A stretch of DNA of 61,848 bases, counting the filler, from Sphacelaria rigidula (taxonomy: Eukaryota): the NCBI GenBank assembly GCA_964200075.2. It is 10 parts of 10 records of this genome, joined end to end, with 100 filler letters (N's around TTAATTAATTAA, not from the genome) between each part and the next. Parts side by side here need not be neighbours in the genome. Positions count along the whole stretch, not along the records: positions 43,366 to 49,460 come from CAXNAA020022265.1; positions 49,561 to 55,654 come from CAXNAA020022266.1; positions 55,755 to 61,848 come from CAXNAA020022267.1; 7 more parts are not named here. One strand, written 5' to 3'. Under the pieces are notes generated by a model. It was given only the letters and a program-made list of their open reading frames with translations. It was not told the origin of the DNA and did no database searches. Position numbers and translations under genes: made by a program. Of this stretch, positions 48,471 to 61,516 are shown in pieces (within the stretch, counting starts at the first letter, position 1; each line of letters opens with the position of its first letter).

Positions 48471-51400
48471 CTTGTTGTTGTTGTTGTTGTTGTTGTTATT
48501 GTTGATTTGGCCGGGGTTGGAGGGAAAGGGGGGACAAGTGCGGGTCACGAAACAGTAAGAACTAAAGCAGATGCGCGCAGTATATCGTGATTTATCACAA
48601 CAGGGATACAGTACCGACCGAGTCTCGGCGCGGGCTGTAGCGGATGAAAACTATAATATAACATGTTTGTACGCCGTGGTTTCCCTTAATTTTTACAAAT
48701 GTGGTTTACTTCTGAGAGGTCTTTCCTGTTGCGATGACGGGTGAGCTGACCTCACGTGTATTCAGGAACTCGTGGCGATTTTGTACTCGAAGGGTGCACA
48801 TCTTATGATGATTCCTGTAATGAATGAGTGCGATCTGAAGAGATGGTTGCTTGCGCAGGATTTTGCTGCTGGTTCGAATTCGCAGCGTGGTGACCGTTTT
48901 CCAAAATCGGACCGAAGGACAACAAAGCATTTGTTTGTCTTCACAAAACCGCAATGCTGCGGCCCCCGACGACGTAGTGGCGAATACATGCAGCCAGTTA
49001 GCGCTTCGGGAACCACCTCGTAAGAGTGAGGGAGTACTTTTTCGCCAGAAGTATATGTCGAGGGTACCAGAATGTGTCGCTAGCACATTGCCAACACTGA
49101 CCGGTGAGAGCTACTCCAATACCAGTAACAACAGCAAGAGACTCACGGATCCGATTCCTGCCCCAGTCACCGCGGTAATGCAACAAAAATAAATCCGAGA
49201 AGATAGTTCTGTGTCAGGTCGGGGGGTCGGGGGGACGGAGGTGGGAAGGACTTGCATCGGTGCGCATATCCTTTCTTTCTCGACACTTTCGACGATAGCC
49301 CCCCCCCTCCCACCCCCCCCCAAAGGTGCCCTGGTGAAACACCCACGAGGCAGTGTATAAGCTATGGCTGTCTTTGGAAGTGGCGATACCAGAAAATAAA
49401 GCAACTCATTGTAGGCTGTCATCCAAATGCAAGATAATCAATAGGCTTTGGGCCGAACAANNNNNNNNNNNNNNNNNNNNNNNNNNNNNNNNNNNNNNNN
49501 NNNNTTAATTAATTAANNNNNNNNNNNNNNNNNNNNNNNNNNNNNNNNNNNNNNNNNNNNATACAGGACGGTGCGTATGTACGTCCGGAATGCTTCAATG
49601 CGTATATCCGTTTCACATGACATCGGCACAGCGCAAGTGCTGGAATGCGCATGTTGGCGAAAATGCCCTGGCTTATTTTTGCTTTGTAGTATCTAGTCCT
49701 GAACCGAGCATTCGATCGAAACTGCAACTTGCCAGCCGCGATGTTTACATATTGTTGTTAGTGTACACAGGCAGCAGTGACGACATCATGACTGCTGCTA
49801 TTAGCCCGTGGAATGCGGTATACAGAAGATAGTCAAAACCGCTCTTCACACGTGGCTTCCTGCGCTTTATTCGTCCGATGTACGCCCAGGCGACTTCCAT
49901 GTGTGACGGGTACTTGCTGTTGTAACGCGAAGTTGCTTTGCACAGCAACACAGAGTAGCTTCTAATCGATGTACACAGGCAGTAGACAGCAACTTTCTTC
50001 GATTGTCGTTGGTGTACAGACGCAATGTACAAATATCTCGCCTGCCCAGTCTCATATTTTCCTTCTGTTATCTTGTTACTAATCCACACAGACAGCAGTG
50101 ACAGCAAACGTCATGGCTGTCTTCGGTCTTTCAAAGGCAGTGCATCGAACATAGAAAATATCGCGCTTGAGGCTCTGGCTTGTGCGCTCGACAGCGCAGA
50201 GACAACACAGCCGATCTTGATCAGAGCAAACTATATGGCTCGTGGTACTTTATGTTGGGAGAATAAATTGCCCCTCGTACACAAGCGCATACAAGATATC
50301 AGCACCACATGACAGGACAGTAGATACAAACACATAACCTTCAAAACGAAGTTTGTCCCGTGTTGCATTGTTCACATTTTGTTAATAGTATTCACAGTCA
50401 GTTACGGAATACATCATTGCTGTCTCCCGACTGTGAAAGGACCAAAGGACCGCAATAACAATTGGGCGCACCGGCTTAGCTTCTGCGCTGGACCCAACAC
50501 TCTTGACATGAAACAGACGCGTCAAACTTTTCGGTGACCGCGTTGAGCCTTTCGGCGGCAGCCTTGAGTTCTTCTTCAGCCTTCTCCGCGCGTTGACGCG
50601 CCGCCTTGACCTTGCGCGCGGCTGCCAAGGCACAGGATAAGTCTTGACCGGTTTTCTCCTTGTACTTCGTCCATGTTGCGCGGGAGTCCGTTTTGTTTTT
50701 GAGTTTCGAAACACCAAGCTTTTGAGAATTCCGCATTTTTCACCTCGACACACGCTGCTGTTCCTGAAGCCGCAAGTGCGGATTTTTCAAAGCGGATATC
50801 TCGGCAAAAAGCAGAGGATTGGAGGGCGGTTTGATGCGTGCACTTCCCACACACCAGAACGTTTCGGAGCCAACATGGCTTGCCGTAACGCGTGCCGCGG
50901 AGCCCGCAGCACTCTGCAAACCGCCCAAAATATACGAAAAACGCGTTCTCTTCGACGTTCGGGGGCGTTTCGGATCCGCTGTGGGGAATTGAGCAAACCC
51001 GTTTTGGCGCTGAATATATCTAGTGTGTGCGCGGGGGGCTGTCAAGTGCCACAGGCCGGTTTGCTTTCTGCTTCGAGAATTACGCGATGAAAAAATTACA
51101 GCTGTCGCATACTAAACGTAGGTAACTTGGGGTGAAGCGTATGTTCTGTTCGGCACAGGTTCGGCACAGGTTCGACCAGTCAATGACGTCTGCAATACGT
51201 CTTCAGTATCCCTCCGCGTTCGTATTTTTTTCAGTTGACCACGGAATTTTGGTCGGTAAGGCCTTCATTCACCCCCATAACATTTACTTCACACTTGCAC
51301 TGCTGTGTAGATGCCTGCCGAAGCAGCGGTCTAACTCACAGGTATAAACCTGTGAGGGAACTCTGTGGTGAGCCGAGCTCTCGCAGACTTCATGGTTTTG

Positions 51401-51749
51401 AACTGAACCAGTCTAGTTTGAAAATATGCAAGTGTGCATGAGGGAATCGGGGTAAAACATTATAAAGTAATCCTTGTCCGGAGTACAGAGATTGTATTGT
51501 GATGTGTGAAGATCACGCAAGCATAATTCTAGCTACGGACTATAAGCGGGCTGACGTGTTCTATGTTGAAGTAATAAAAGTCCAGAAAAGCTTGTGTTCC
51601 GGATCTGAACGTCAGAGCAGTAAGGGTATGTTGAAGGTTAGGTTCAAGAAACAGGACGTCATTTTGACCTGTATCGGACTTCGTACAGAACAACTAGCAG
51701 TGGGGTGTACTCTGGGTCTGAAGAATGGGTGATCATCGGCGGTGAAAAA

Positions 51750-54700
51750 TGGCATCGATGATCAATTCCCTATTTTCATTGAACAGGCTTTTGCGGGTCG
51801 GCACCATCAACCCCTCCCCTTTGATGATCTTGAGCAACTGATGAACGCCCTCCGAGATTTCGACACGAACACCTCTGCGGCCGTAGCATTTTAGCGTTTA
51901 GGTAGTGGTAGTGCCGACGGTGTAACAACCAGAGCTAGACATTTCGCCAAGACGTTACATAGTAAACGTTTTGGGGGTGTCATGGGCATTGATGACGTGT
52001 ACCAAGAGGAAGATACAGAAATGCAATATGTTAATTCCAGAGGGCAGAAACACAACCACCGGTTTGAGGAAAAGGTCGAGATCCCCCCTTTCACGAATGT
52101 TTCAACCGTCGTGGAGCAAGAAATGCCGCGCGCAAAGCATTCGCTCATTTATGTTCAAATTTCGGCAGCTCGAAGCACCTTCTTGCCCGAGCTTGTCCTC
52201 AAGAATTGATGAATAAGTCGGGCATTATTCATCATAAAATCGGGGAAGGGTCCCCACAAGAAATTTCTGAATAATGGCGACGATGGCAGCACCGGCTGTG
52301 TGCCCACCAACGTGATAGAAACAAACCTTGGAGGTGCAACGATGGAACTCGGGCCAGTTCATCGACAGTACTTCAGCCCGTATGACGTATTGTAGGACCT
52401 GACCTTCTCGGAAAGATTGAAAATACTAATGTCGTTTCTGTGTCTAGTCCGCACAATCCAACTGGCTCGTTCTTGCATGGGAGGACTACTAGTTGGGGGA
52501 ACGGGGGAAATGCGTTCCCGCCGTGTAAGAATTGTGGTGCCGATGAAACACTGATATCCAACGTAGGGATTGATCATCCTCGTGAAGGTTTCAAAAATTG
52601 GAAAGACATCACAATCCTGTACAGATCAGAGTGTCAGCCAGTCTGTAGGCACTTTAATGCAGACGGGTGCAAGTGGGGCCTTAGCGTTGACAGCTTGCGC
52701 GACACCCCAGTCTGGCCGTCGGAATGGTGCATCGGGTAGGGGTAGCTCCCCTAGTTGTGCACAAATTCTAAGCGATATTCTATGTGAAAGTAAAACATCG
52801 GGTGCACAAGCAGGCAGCCGACATGAATCATTCGAGCCGTCGGTTGTAGCTAGGGTTATGGATGGACCCGATGCGATTGTACAGTCGCAGAGTAAAGAGC
52901 ACCCAGAAGGACAAGTAAGCATCCAGGGTGAGGTAGGAGAACCACATGATCGAGATATAGCTCAAAGTAGCCCTCGACACCCATTTGGACCGGGGAACAC
53001 ATGCAAGGATCGTCCCCCCGAATGTTTTACCGTGCAAGGCAGAACAGCCCGCATCGGCAAGAGCAATAGTAATAGTAGTGACCCGGTTGGTCGAAATCAC
53101 ATTACTCCCGCCGAAACAAAATCTTCGACTCTCTGCGGCACTTCTGCCCGCAGCAGCCGGGATAACAGTAATGCTCCGGTTTAGGAAAAAGAAAATTGCC
53201 CGCGCCGAGATTTCCACCGTGCATGAAGAAACGAAACGCACCAGTTCGACAATCAGTAGCATTAAGGTAGGTGGAGGTGAAATTTCCGTCCGCGTACCAT
53301 ATCTAGTCAGGTTGCGCGAGGAAGGAAAGGACCTTACGTGGAGGCAATTCATCAAGTAATGGGAGGGGAAGTGAGTTTACACCGCAAAGAAATTTCGACC
53401 TTGGTGCAAAATGTTTCAGGCCCAAAGGCGACTAGAACCTTGGAGGTTAAGGCTTTGGTGAACACGAGAAGTCCCGCGACGTTCTTTCATTACAAAATAT
53501 GGAAAAATGTGGTTGATGTCGGGGGCTAGCATATCCTGGGGTGGTTTTAATGGTGTCCCGCTGTGTACTTTTTCACAGGTGCGGTTGAATATCAGACTGT
53601 GGCCTAGAAGACCCAACCCATGAATTTCAGTTCAGAACGGACGAGCATGTCTAGCAATTTACGCCCATGTTGTACCTGATGGAACAATTAACTATAACGT
53701 TCCAGTAGGACCTGATGGCCTAGGTTCATTCCCGGTCAAAACGTATCGTGATGTGAACCGACGAGAAGCAGTCATGACTCTGCAAGGAAACAACATTGAC
53801 TCCGTTGATCGTGCGTTTGCGGAACAAGTCCGCAATGCTGTTGGCTTCGTTGAACCGAAATCGTCAACAGCTCAAGTTAGAGTAGTGTACAAGTTAGAGT
53901 AGTGTACAATGGATCTCATGATATGGTACGACCTGATACATTGACATTGGTTCTTGTCAAACCATGTAACATGGACGGAACGCCCACCGAGAGTGGCTGT
54001 TATTATGTGCCTCTGGATTCAGATTGGTCCCCACATGACATGATCGTAGAAGCAGGTGAATCCATTATCCCTCTCCGTTATACCAGTTTAGAAGGACAGA
54101 TGTTGCCTCCGAACACCACTCTAGGTTTTGCTGGAGCACCTTTGGAACCATGCTCTCTGGAGGACGTTAAGATCTCTGAGAAAAAGGATCTTCAGCCCAA
54201 AGAGGTATTCACGGTAGACCAGAATTTAGAAGAACCTCCGGTCTTGGCAGACCTGAACGGTGAACAACAACGGACATAAAGGGATATATGGGCGAAACTT
54301 CCCACACATATGCGGACAATAAAGTTTGGGTTGGAAGGTGCACATTGGATGGTTGAGGACATTGAGAATTTAGGGGAACGGTTGTGCAAACATTCACGTC
54401 GAGTTTCAAAAGACGAAATGGATTTGGGGTATTGCCCTGTAGATCCATTTATGATTGAACTCAAACCGGGGACGAGGTCCGTTAATCAGCGCCCGTATCG
54501 TCATAACGCGGCGGTCCCAAAAAAAGTAGAAGTGGAAATCGATGGCATGCTCGCAGCAGGCATTTTGAGGAGATCATATTTCAACTGGGGTAACCCGCTC
54601 GTAGTGGTGAAGAAAGCGGATGGGCCCATTCGGATTACGTGCGACTACAAGAAGCTGGATGACAGTACGACAATTCCGAAGTCACCCATTCCGATTGTTG

Positions 54701-55130
54701 AGGAACTCTTGGATTAATTGGGGGGTGCCAACTTATTTTCATGTTTGGACATGACTTCCGGTTACTTCAACGTGGCTATGCACCAGCACTCAATTCCTTT
54801 GATGGCGGCTTGCACGCAAAGTGGTCTCTATGAAAGGTTAGTTATTCCGATAGGGTGCAGTGGAAGTCCAGGTTGGTTCCAGGCTATCATGTCGAGAATA
54901 TGTGATGGTTAGGAACGATGTCGACTGTATATTGATGATGTCCGTACTTTCAGTGGAACAGGGAGGCAAAATTGTGGAGGACTTGGAAGGTCTTTTTCAA
55001 CGACTGAACAAATACAACCTGAAGCTGGCACCGAAAAAGCCACATGTTGGAGCGAGAGAAACAAGATTTCTAGGGCATCACATTTCCGCCAATGGGATTT
55101 CTCTGGATCAGGAAAAGGTACAGGCTTTAA
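51750..55130 (+). mobile_element. Decayed Ty3/Gypsy internal region (gag-like, protease, RT)
   Basis: VKALVNTRSPATF (degenerate DTG); IELKPGTRSVNQRPYRH, NPLVVVKKADGPIRITCDYKKL, LDMTSGY, LYIDD, RFLGHHIS; many stops; truncated before RNase H. Confidence 0.9.
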
Positions 55131-55754
55131 CCCTTTTCGCGATTAAAGCTCACCAACACCACATTCACGACGTGTTTGTAAAATAATACGAAGTAATAAA
55201 TAAGTCTGGGAGCGACCTGTCCAATCAAGGCGAGGCGAAATTTATCGATCACATCAGGACGACCAGTGGAGGGGAGGGGCTGTTGCCGGGAGTGATGCCA
55301 CTGCAAAGTTGGTGTACCCTGTCCCTGGCCCACAAAAAATCCTTCGAAGCAAAAGAAAGCCCACGTTGTCGGGGCTCGGATCCCCGAATTTTTCATTATT
55401 TACTTGCATTTTATGTAGGTCCGACCTTTCATCCCCCGAATTTTTGTTGGGTCTCCATCCTTTAGTAAACCCTAATTGATAACACTAACATGTAGTGCTC
55501 GGGGGAAATTCGGGAATAAATGTACCCTACATACAATACTATATATGTGGTCATGTTCACAAGGCGACTGAATGTGGCAACGCTGTGGGACGAGAGACGG
55601 AGCTAGAGGCATGAGTTCTGCGTATCCCTCTGTCGAAGCGGTACAAGCGGCGGTNNNNNNNNNNNNNNNNNNNNNNNNNNNNNNNNNNNNNNNNNNNNTT
55701 AATTAATTAANNNNNNNNNNNNNNNNNNNNNNNNNNNNNNNNNNNNNNNNNNNN

Positions 55755-56395
55755 CTTTCCCTTCAAACCACTGACCATTATACCGTTCGGTGCCCGGAGT
55801 GCACCTATCCCCTTGTCCATCTTTCCTGCCTGGTTTCTCGTTATCCCTTTCATCCCTGCCTACATTTGTTCCATCCCGGCGTCGACTTCTGTATTTGTTT
55901 TTTCCACTACACCTCCCCAAACTTCCTTTTTTTTCTGCTGTACCATCCTTTCTACTTTCTTCCGAGCTTTGGTATACTCCTCCCATCCTTCCGTACTTTT
56001 GTTAGACATCCATCTCGCGTGGGCCTCTCTCCTTACTCTGATAGCCCCTTTCCCTTCCTCATCCCACCATTTCACTGCTCTGTTGCATACTATCAGTTTC
56101 TTCTCTATGACTTTACTCGCTGTGTTCTTGACCAGCTGCTCCCATCCTTCTACAATCTTTGCTCCTCCCCGATTTCTTTCCATTTCGGCATCAACTCTAT
56201 ACCTACGCGTTCCAACAGCTCCGAAAATTTCACTGCATTTTGGGCCATCTCCTCTTGGAACTCTTGCCGTGTCTCTTTCATATCTAGTTGATCGACTCTC
56301 CATTTGTACAGCTTCTTACACCGCCTGTTTCTTTTAGCTCTCGTCTGTTGCCTTTCTGCCCATATTAGGCGGTGATCTGTGGTTTCCACGTCCTA
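55755..56395 (-). mobile_element. LINE fragment (end of APE endonuclease and EN-RT linker)
   Basis: ETTDHRLIWAE, KWRVDQL, AVKWWDEE..AIRVRREAH; frameshift ~56240. Confidence 0.75.
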
Positions 56396-56852
56396 TATAT
56401 ATGGCAGTGGCGTCGTACACCACGATTCTCACCGGTTTGAATGGTTCTACGGGGTGGTCTTCGTACGGGTTGCGAATTGTTTGCAGTATTGCTCATAATA
56501 TCGTGCTGAGGCCGGCGTCTATTCCTCTTCTTTGGGGGGGAGGGGGGGGGGCATATGTATGTTCGTATTCTGTCCTTTAAGCGGCAGCATCATTTGATGC
56601 AATAGCGGGAAGCACACACGACATAATAAACTGCAAGGAGATCTTATTTTTCACCCCCACGGGCTGGACACGTTCACACCTGTCCAAATTCGGGACCTTG
56701 TGCAACTTACCTTGTGCAAGGTACCTTGCAGGACCTTGCGCAACGTACCTTGCGGAGCCTGACACATTGTCAAATGCGGATAACCTACCTTGCCAGGCCA
56801 GGTGAGGCAAGGTGCCAGCAAGGTCCTGGAGCCTGCCCCCAGTGGCCACCTG

Positions 56853-57217
56853 TGAGGAATAATGTCTAATGACGTAGGTTATGCGACTACAGTCACGTGA
56901 ACAGGACGAGCAGCTGGGTTGCCCATCACCCCACTTCGGTCAGTCCATCTTGGTTCTTGGCTCGGGTGCCAACTATCTGACTTGCTCTAGGGGTTAACAT
57001 GAGTTTATGTGGTGAGTCTGTGTGTGTGGTACTGAATTGAGGGATATTGAGCGTGTGTTATTGTGTGACTGAGGTTCATTGGAGTCTGGGAAAGTAAACA
57101 GGGTAAAGAGAGATAATACAAACGTGTTCTAGAACTATCTATAACTGCTGCTATTTACCTGAGCCAAGGTGCTGACTGTTGTTCACGCACTTGAGTTATG
57201 TGAACGCTTACCCCTCA
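56853..57217 (+). repeat. 5' LTR (TGAGG...CCTCA)
   Basis: Near-identical to 61517-61848; short inverted termini. Confidence 0.88.
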
Positions 57218-57861
57218 TCAGAGCGGTCAATTACGCTAGCGGAAGAGTTACCGCCGGTGCAGAAGGGTTTGAGATTGAAGAGAGTTTGAGCAAGAGGAGA
57301 GTTTGAGTCGACTTGAGAGAGTTTGAGCAAGAGCAGAGTTTGAGTCGAGGGTTATTTGAGAGAGAGATGTGAAGGTGTTCAGGTTTGAGTACAGGTTGAG
57401 CAGGTTGACAATTTGACTAGGTTTTGATGGGGAAAAGAATCAACACCCCACAATGGAAGAGCAAGTGGGATTTCTGACTGAACAGATGAACAGGATGCAG
57501 CAGACAATTAGCAACACACCGGTGATGCCTGCTAGTACAGAACAGCAAGCACCGTTCCACATCCCTCACACCCCCAATTCCCATCGCATTCGTAGCAACA
57601 AAAGCATCCTAGCTTGGGACGAAAAAGCTGCCACATCTACCAATGTCAGGGATAGGTTCGAGGTGTTCAACATCCAGATGTGTGCCTATTTTAAAGATGA
57701 AAACTGCTATGACGCTTTGCTAGTTGAAAACCCCATCAGGGTACACCGTGGAAATGAGGAAGGTTTTCGAGCAAGTTTTGGAAACGAAGCAATCGACAAA
57801 GCCAAAAGGGCCATGAGGATAATACTCGATAAAGTAACATTTCCCCCTTTGGTAAGGCATA

Positions 57862-57871
57862 TGAGTACGCT
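57862..57871 (+). mobile_element. 10-nt micro-insertion (TGAGTACGCT) matching the LINE 3' terminus, with a 19-bp TSD
   Basis: CCCCCYTTGGTAAGGCATA at 57843-57861 and 57872-57890; removing the 29 nt restores the gag frame. Confidence 0.75.
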
Positions 57872-59820
57872 CCCCCCTTGGTAAGGCATATCGATATGCT
57901 TGCGAACCCAAGTCAAGCATGGAATTATATCGTCCGGTACTACAGGATTCCAGCAGCTACAGAAAAAACCAAATTGGAACACGACTGGCAAACGCTGCAG
58001 ATGGCTGACGGTGAATTGCCGATGAACGTTCTCTCTCGGGCCCAGTTTATTCGTAAGACGTGCGAAGAATTCGATGTCGTTTTCTCGGACTGTGAAGCGA
58101 ACAGGCATATGGTTGATGCCTTTCATCAGAGTACGAGCACGAGCGTAGGAATATACTAACACTACGAGAGATAAGCATGGATGAGGGAACCCGCCGCCAG
58201 CTAGGAAACGCGTATGCAGAAGCGCAATTGTTGGAAGAAAGGCAGAGAATAACCTTGAACCGTGCACTTTCCGCTTCTAGTACTGGTGGAAGGGGCAATG
58301 GCTCACCTGGCAAAAGGCAGAACGGGGGGAACCGCAGATCCCACAATCCGCAAAACCAACACAACCATCACATCCCTCCAAACCCACACCAATCCAACTT
58401 ACATACTCGCCATGGTCCACAGCGACACATCAGCAGTGGTCATGGTGGTCGAGGGAGGTGGCATTCCCCGAGACAACAGCCATGGCGACCAAACAGTCCG
58501 TGGAGTCATTCGGGACCAGGCCGTGGTAGGGTTCACCAACCTAGTCAACGAACCCACCAAATTCGTGGCCCTTTTAATTGTCCCAATTGCCCTCCTCGCC
58601 AGTACCACGCGCAGCATACCAACGTCCAGCAACCCCCGATTCCCCAGCAATTTCAACCAACATACACAGGCCCAGATCACTACCGTTCCTCAGGTAATCA
58701 GGGCCCATCACACCACCAACAACAGTCCAACCACATAACCAACCATACACCACCACAATCCCATTACCCGCATCCACAACACCAAATCCACGAACATCCA
58801 CCACAAGCCAACACCGATCAGCAGACTGATCCCGCCTACCAGCACCATGAGAGCGTTGATAACTTTGTCTATGAGGACAATGCTTTCAACGATACCGGTT
58901 TTGCCCATACAGTCCAACATCATACATCCCAACATCAACTGCAGCCGCAACCTACCACCATCACGGAACACCTCCCCCACTACACACCACCTCCATCATC
59001 CAATCACCATCAGCCACAGTCTTCAGAACACAATCAATCCCAATACCATTCCTCGTCAACCGCACCACAAACCTATCGCTCATCACAGCTACCACCGCCA
59101 GACCACTCCCACCATGATCTTTCCTCCGCTGCACCACCACCACCATACTCGTCACTCTACCACGAGCCATCCGACATATATTCCCATCCGGTAAACCCCC
59201 ACCACACGTCCACTGCCGATCTTCCGCTTGCTGATAACCCTGGTGGTAGTGTGTACATGGCACTCTCTGCCGTACCAGAGAAGTCAGTCTTTAGTTTGGG
59301 TAATTTCGATATGGAGGGTAGGATGTTGCATCAGATGGAATCTCTGCCCCTTTCTGATTCAGAATTGTGGATTGCAGACTCATGTACAGTGCACCACATC
59401 ACGGGCAACATGACCGACGTTTTCGATACTCGTCCTCCACCAGTGGGGGAAGAGAATGTCATTCTAGGGGGTGGTAAAATCCTCTCGGTTAAGGCTGTAG
59501 GGAGTCTCAAGTCGAACTTTCATCAAGCACCTGCGAACAACTCCCCCCATGATGATTCAGTGTGTGTACTGCTGACGGATGTGTGTGTTTTGGAGGGAAC
59601 TCAGTCCAACCTATTCTCTATCCACAGGGCTCAAGAGAGCCAAGAAGCCATCTGCGATAAAGTAGGTAGGTGTGCATCTAACGGCAGACTACGGTTCGAC
59701 TACAACGACCGTACATCATCACAATTCGCCACACGCCTGCCATCAACCTACGGACAGCTTCGAGTAGTCACTCCTGTTGCCGCCACTGAGAGTGACACTA
59801 CATCCATCCCACAACAAGCT

Positions 59821-59985
59821 AGTGTCAGTAGGATTCCCCCGGGTTTCGATTCTGCTCTCCAACGAGATAGTGTCCGTAAGATCCCCCCGGATTTTGCCTC
59901 TATCCCACAGTGAGTTGGTGTCAGTGAGATTCCCCCAGGTTTTGATTTCGCTCCACAACGAGCTAGTGTCCGTAAGATCCCCCCG
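59821..59985 (+). repeat. 48-bp (16-aa) coding minisatellite with ABAB structure
   Basis: SVSRIPPGFDSALQRD / SVRKIPPDFASIPQ*V / GVSEIPPGFDFAPQRA / SVRKIPP. Confidence 0.85.
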
Positions 59986-61516
59986 AATTCTGCTTTCCCC
60001 CCCCGGCCGAGTGTCGACCGAAATTTCCGCGAATATTCTGGTACTCAGTTTTCAAGTGTTGGGAATTTGAGTGAGAGGGAGAGAAAGCACATGGCACTGG
60101 CATCCAACCAAAGACCCTCCACGGACGACCATCCATAACGTCAAATGAACATCACCAACAGCGTCGCGTCGACGGTGACTCATCAGCAATTTCACACAGC
60201 GGCGTCGCTCGACGGCGGGGGGAGAGGGGAAGCAACAGTGATCGCGTCGCCAACGCCGCCGATATACCGACATTATCGTCACCCTTCCCCGTTGCCGCAT
60301 AACCACAGCTATCACCTACTACCACAGCTACACTTCCTACTCCTGCTCCTACAGTTCCGCGGTTGATTCCCGCTCCAATAGTCCCACGGTTGCACCACAC
60401 GCGACAACCATCATCATTCCCAGTCCCTTTATCATCGCCGAAAACACTGCAGTCGCCTCCTACTACCACCTCCTCTGCCAACAACATCTCCAAAAACGTA
60501 ACGACAACCGCTGCCGCTGCCGCTACCACCGACTCTGTCTGCGAGAACTTTTCACGCATGGCGCGGTGTCGGTCATATTGAGGAGGGGGGCGCGTGGGGA
60601 CTCCCATGCGGTTGAGTACGAACAGTCAAGGAAGCTGGGGGGGCAAGGAAGCAGGCGGGCACGACAATGGCATGAAGATACGGAAAAGCATATTGATTGG
60701 GATGGAGCGCAAAGATGGATTCGATGCTTTTGACCAGAGGAGGAACGCAGAGGTCGGAGATAGATGTTGACATCTCCAGCTCATCAGTAGGTTTACACTT
60801 CGCACGGTTTGTGTTCGAGGTTTGACACCTGTAGGTTATGCGAGGATGCATTTATGCGACTTTTGTCTGGCAGTGGTGATTTACTTGATGAGTCATCAGA
60901 CTTGAAGTAGTTGATGAGTGGCACGCTTTACTGGGCATTTCAGGATTAGCTGATAATCATTTTGCGTGGAAAATTGGCGTGGGTCTAGAATGTTTGAACA
61001 TCCAGGCTCGAGCCTTTCATTTTACTTGTAAACCTCGGCCATATCCTTTTGAACTGTATCGTATGTTCACTCGTAGTTCCGTTCGAGTTTGATCGGATAA
61101 ACCTCAGTTTCTAGTATCACCGAGATGCCAACGTAGATTGATTTATTTCTTTGTCTGCATTCGATTTGTGAGAAGAGTGCAAATGTTTTGAAAGAAGCGC
61201 TATGTCCACGACAGCAAGTGACATAGGTTTGGGGGGGAAAAAAATGTTGGTACTATTTTCTGGGTAATTTATGATTTTTAAATAATATATTTGTGGAGTT
61301 TGAGCACGGCTTGAGATATTTTCGTTTTATTGTGTCGGGTTATGATTTTTTCATGCCGGTTATCAACAGTATAGGTTTTCAAGTCATGGCTGAGCCGTGA
61401 ACAGGGAGTCTAATGACTATGCTCACGCTCTGCCATGAACAACGTTGATGTAGGATACAGTGCGGTACAGATAGCATGCACCATGTTGCAATTGCGGAGG
61501 ATTTGGTAACCAATCA

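Noticed and set aside
53873..53909. 17-bp tandem duplication in the Gypsy relic (a similar one at ~46412-46437)
   Set aside because: Simple slippage duplications with no inserted sequence
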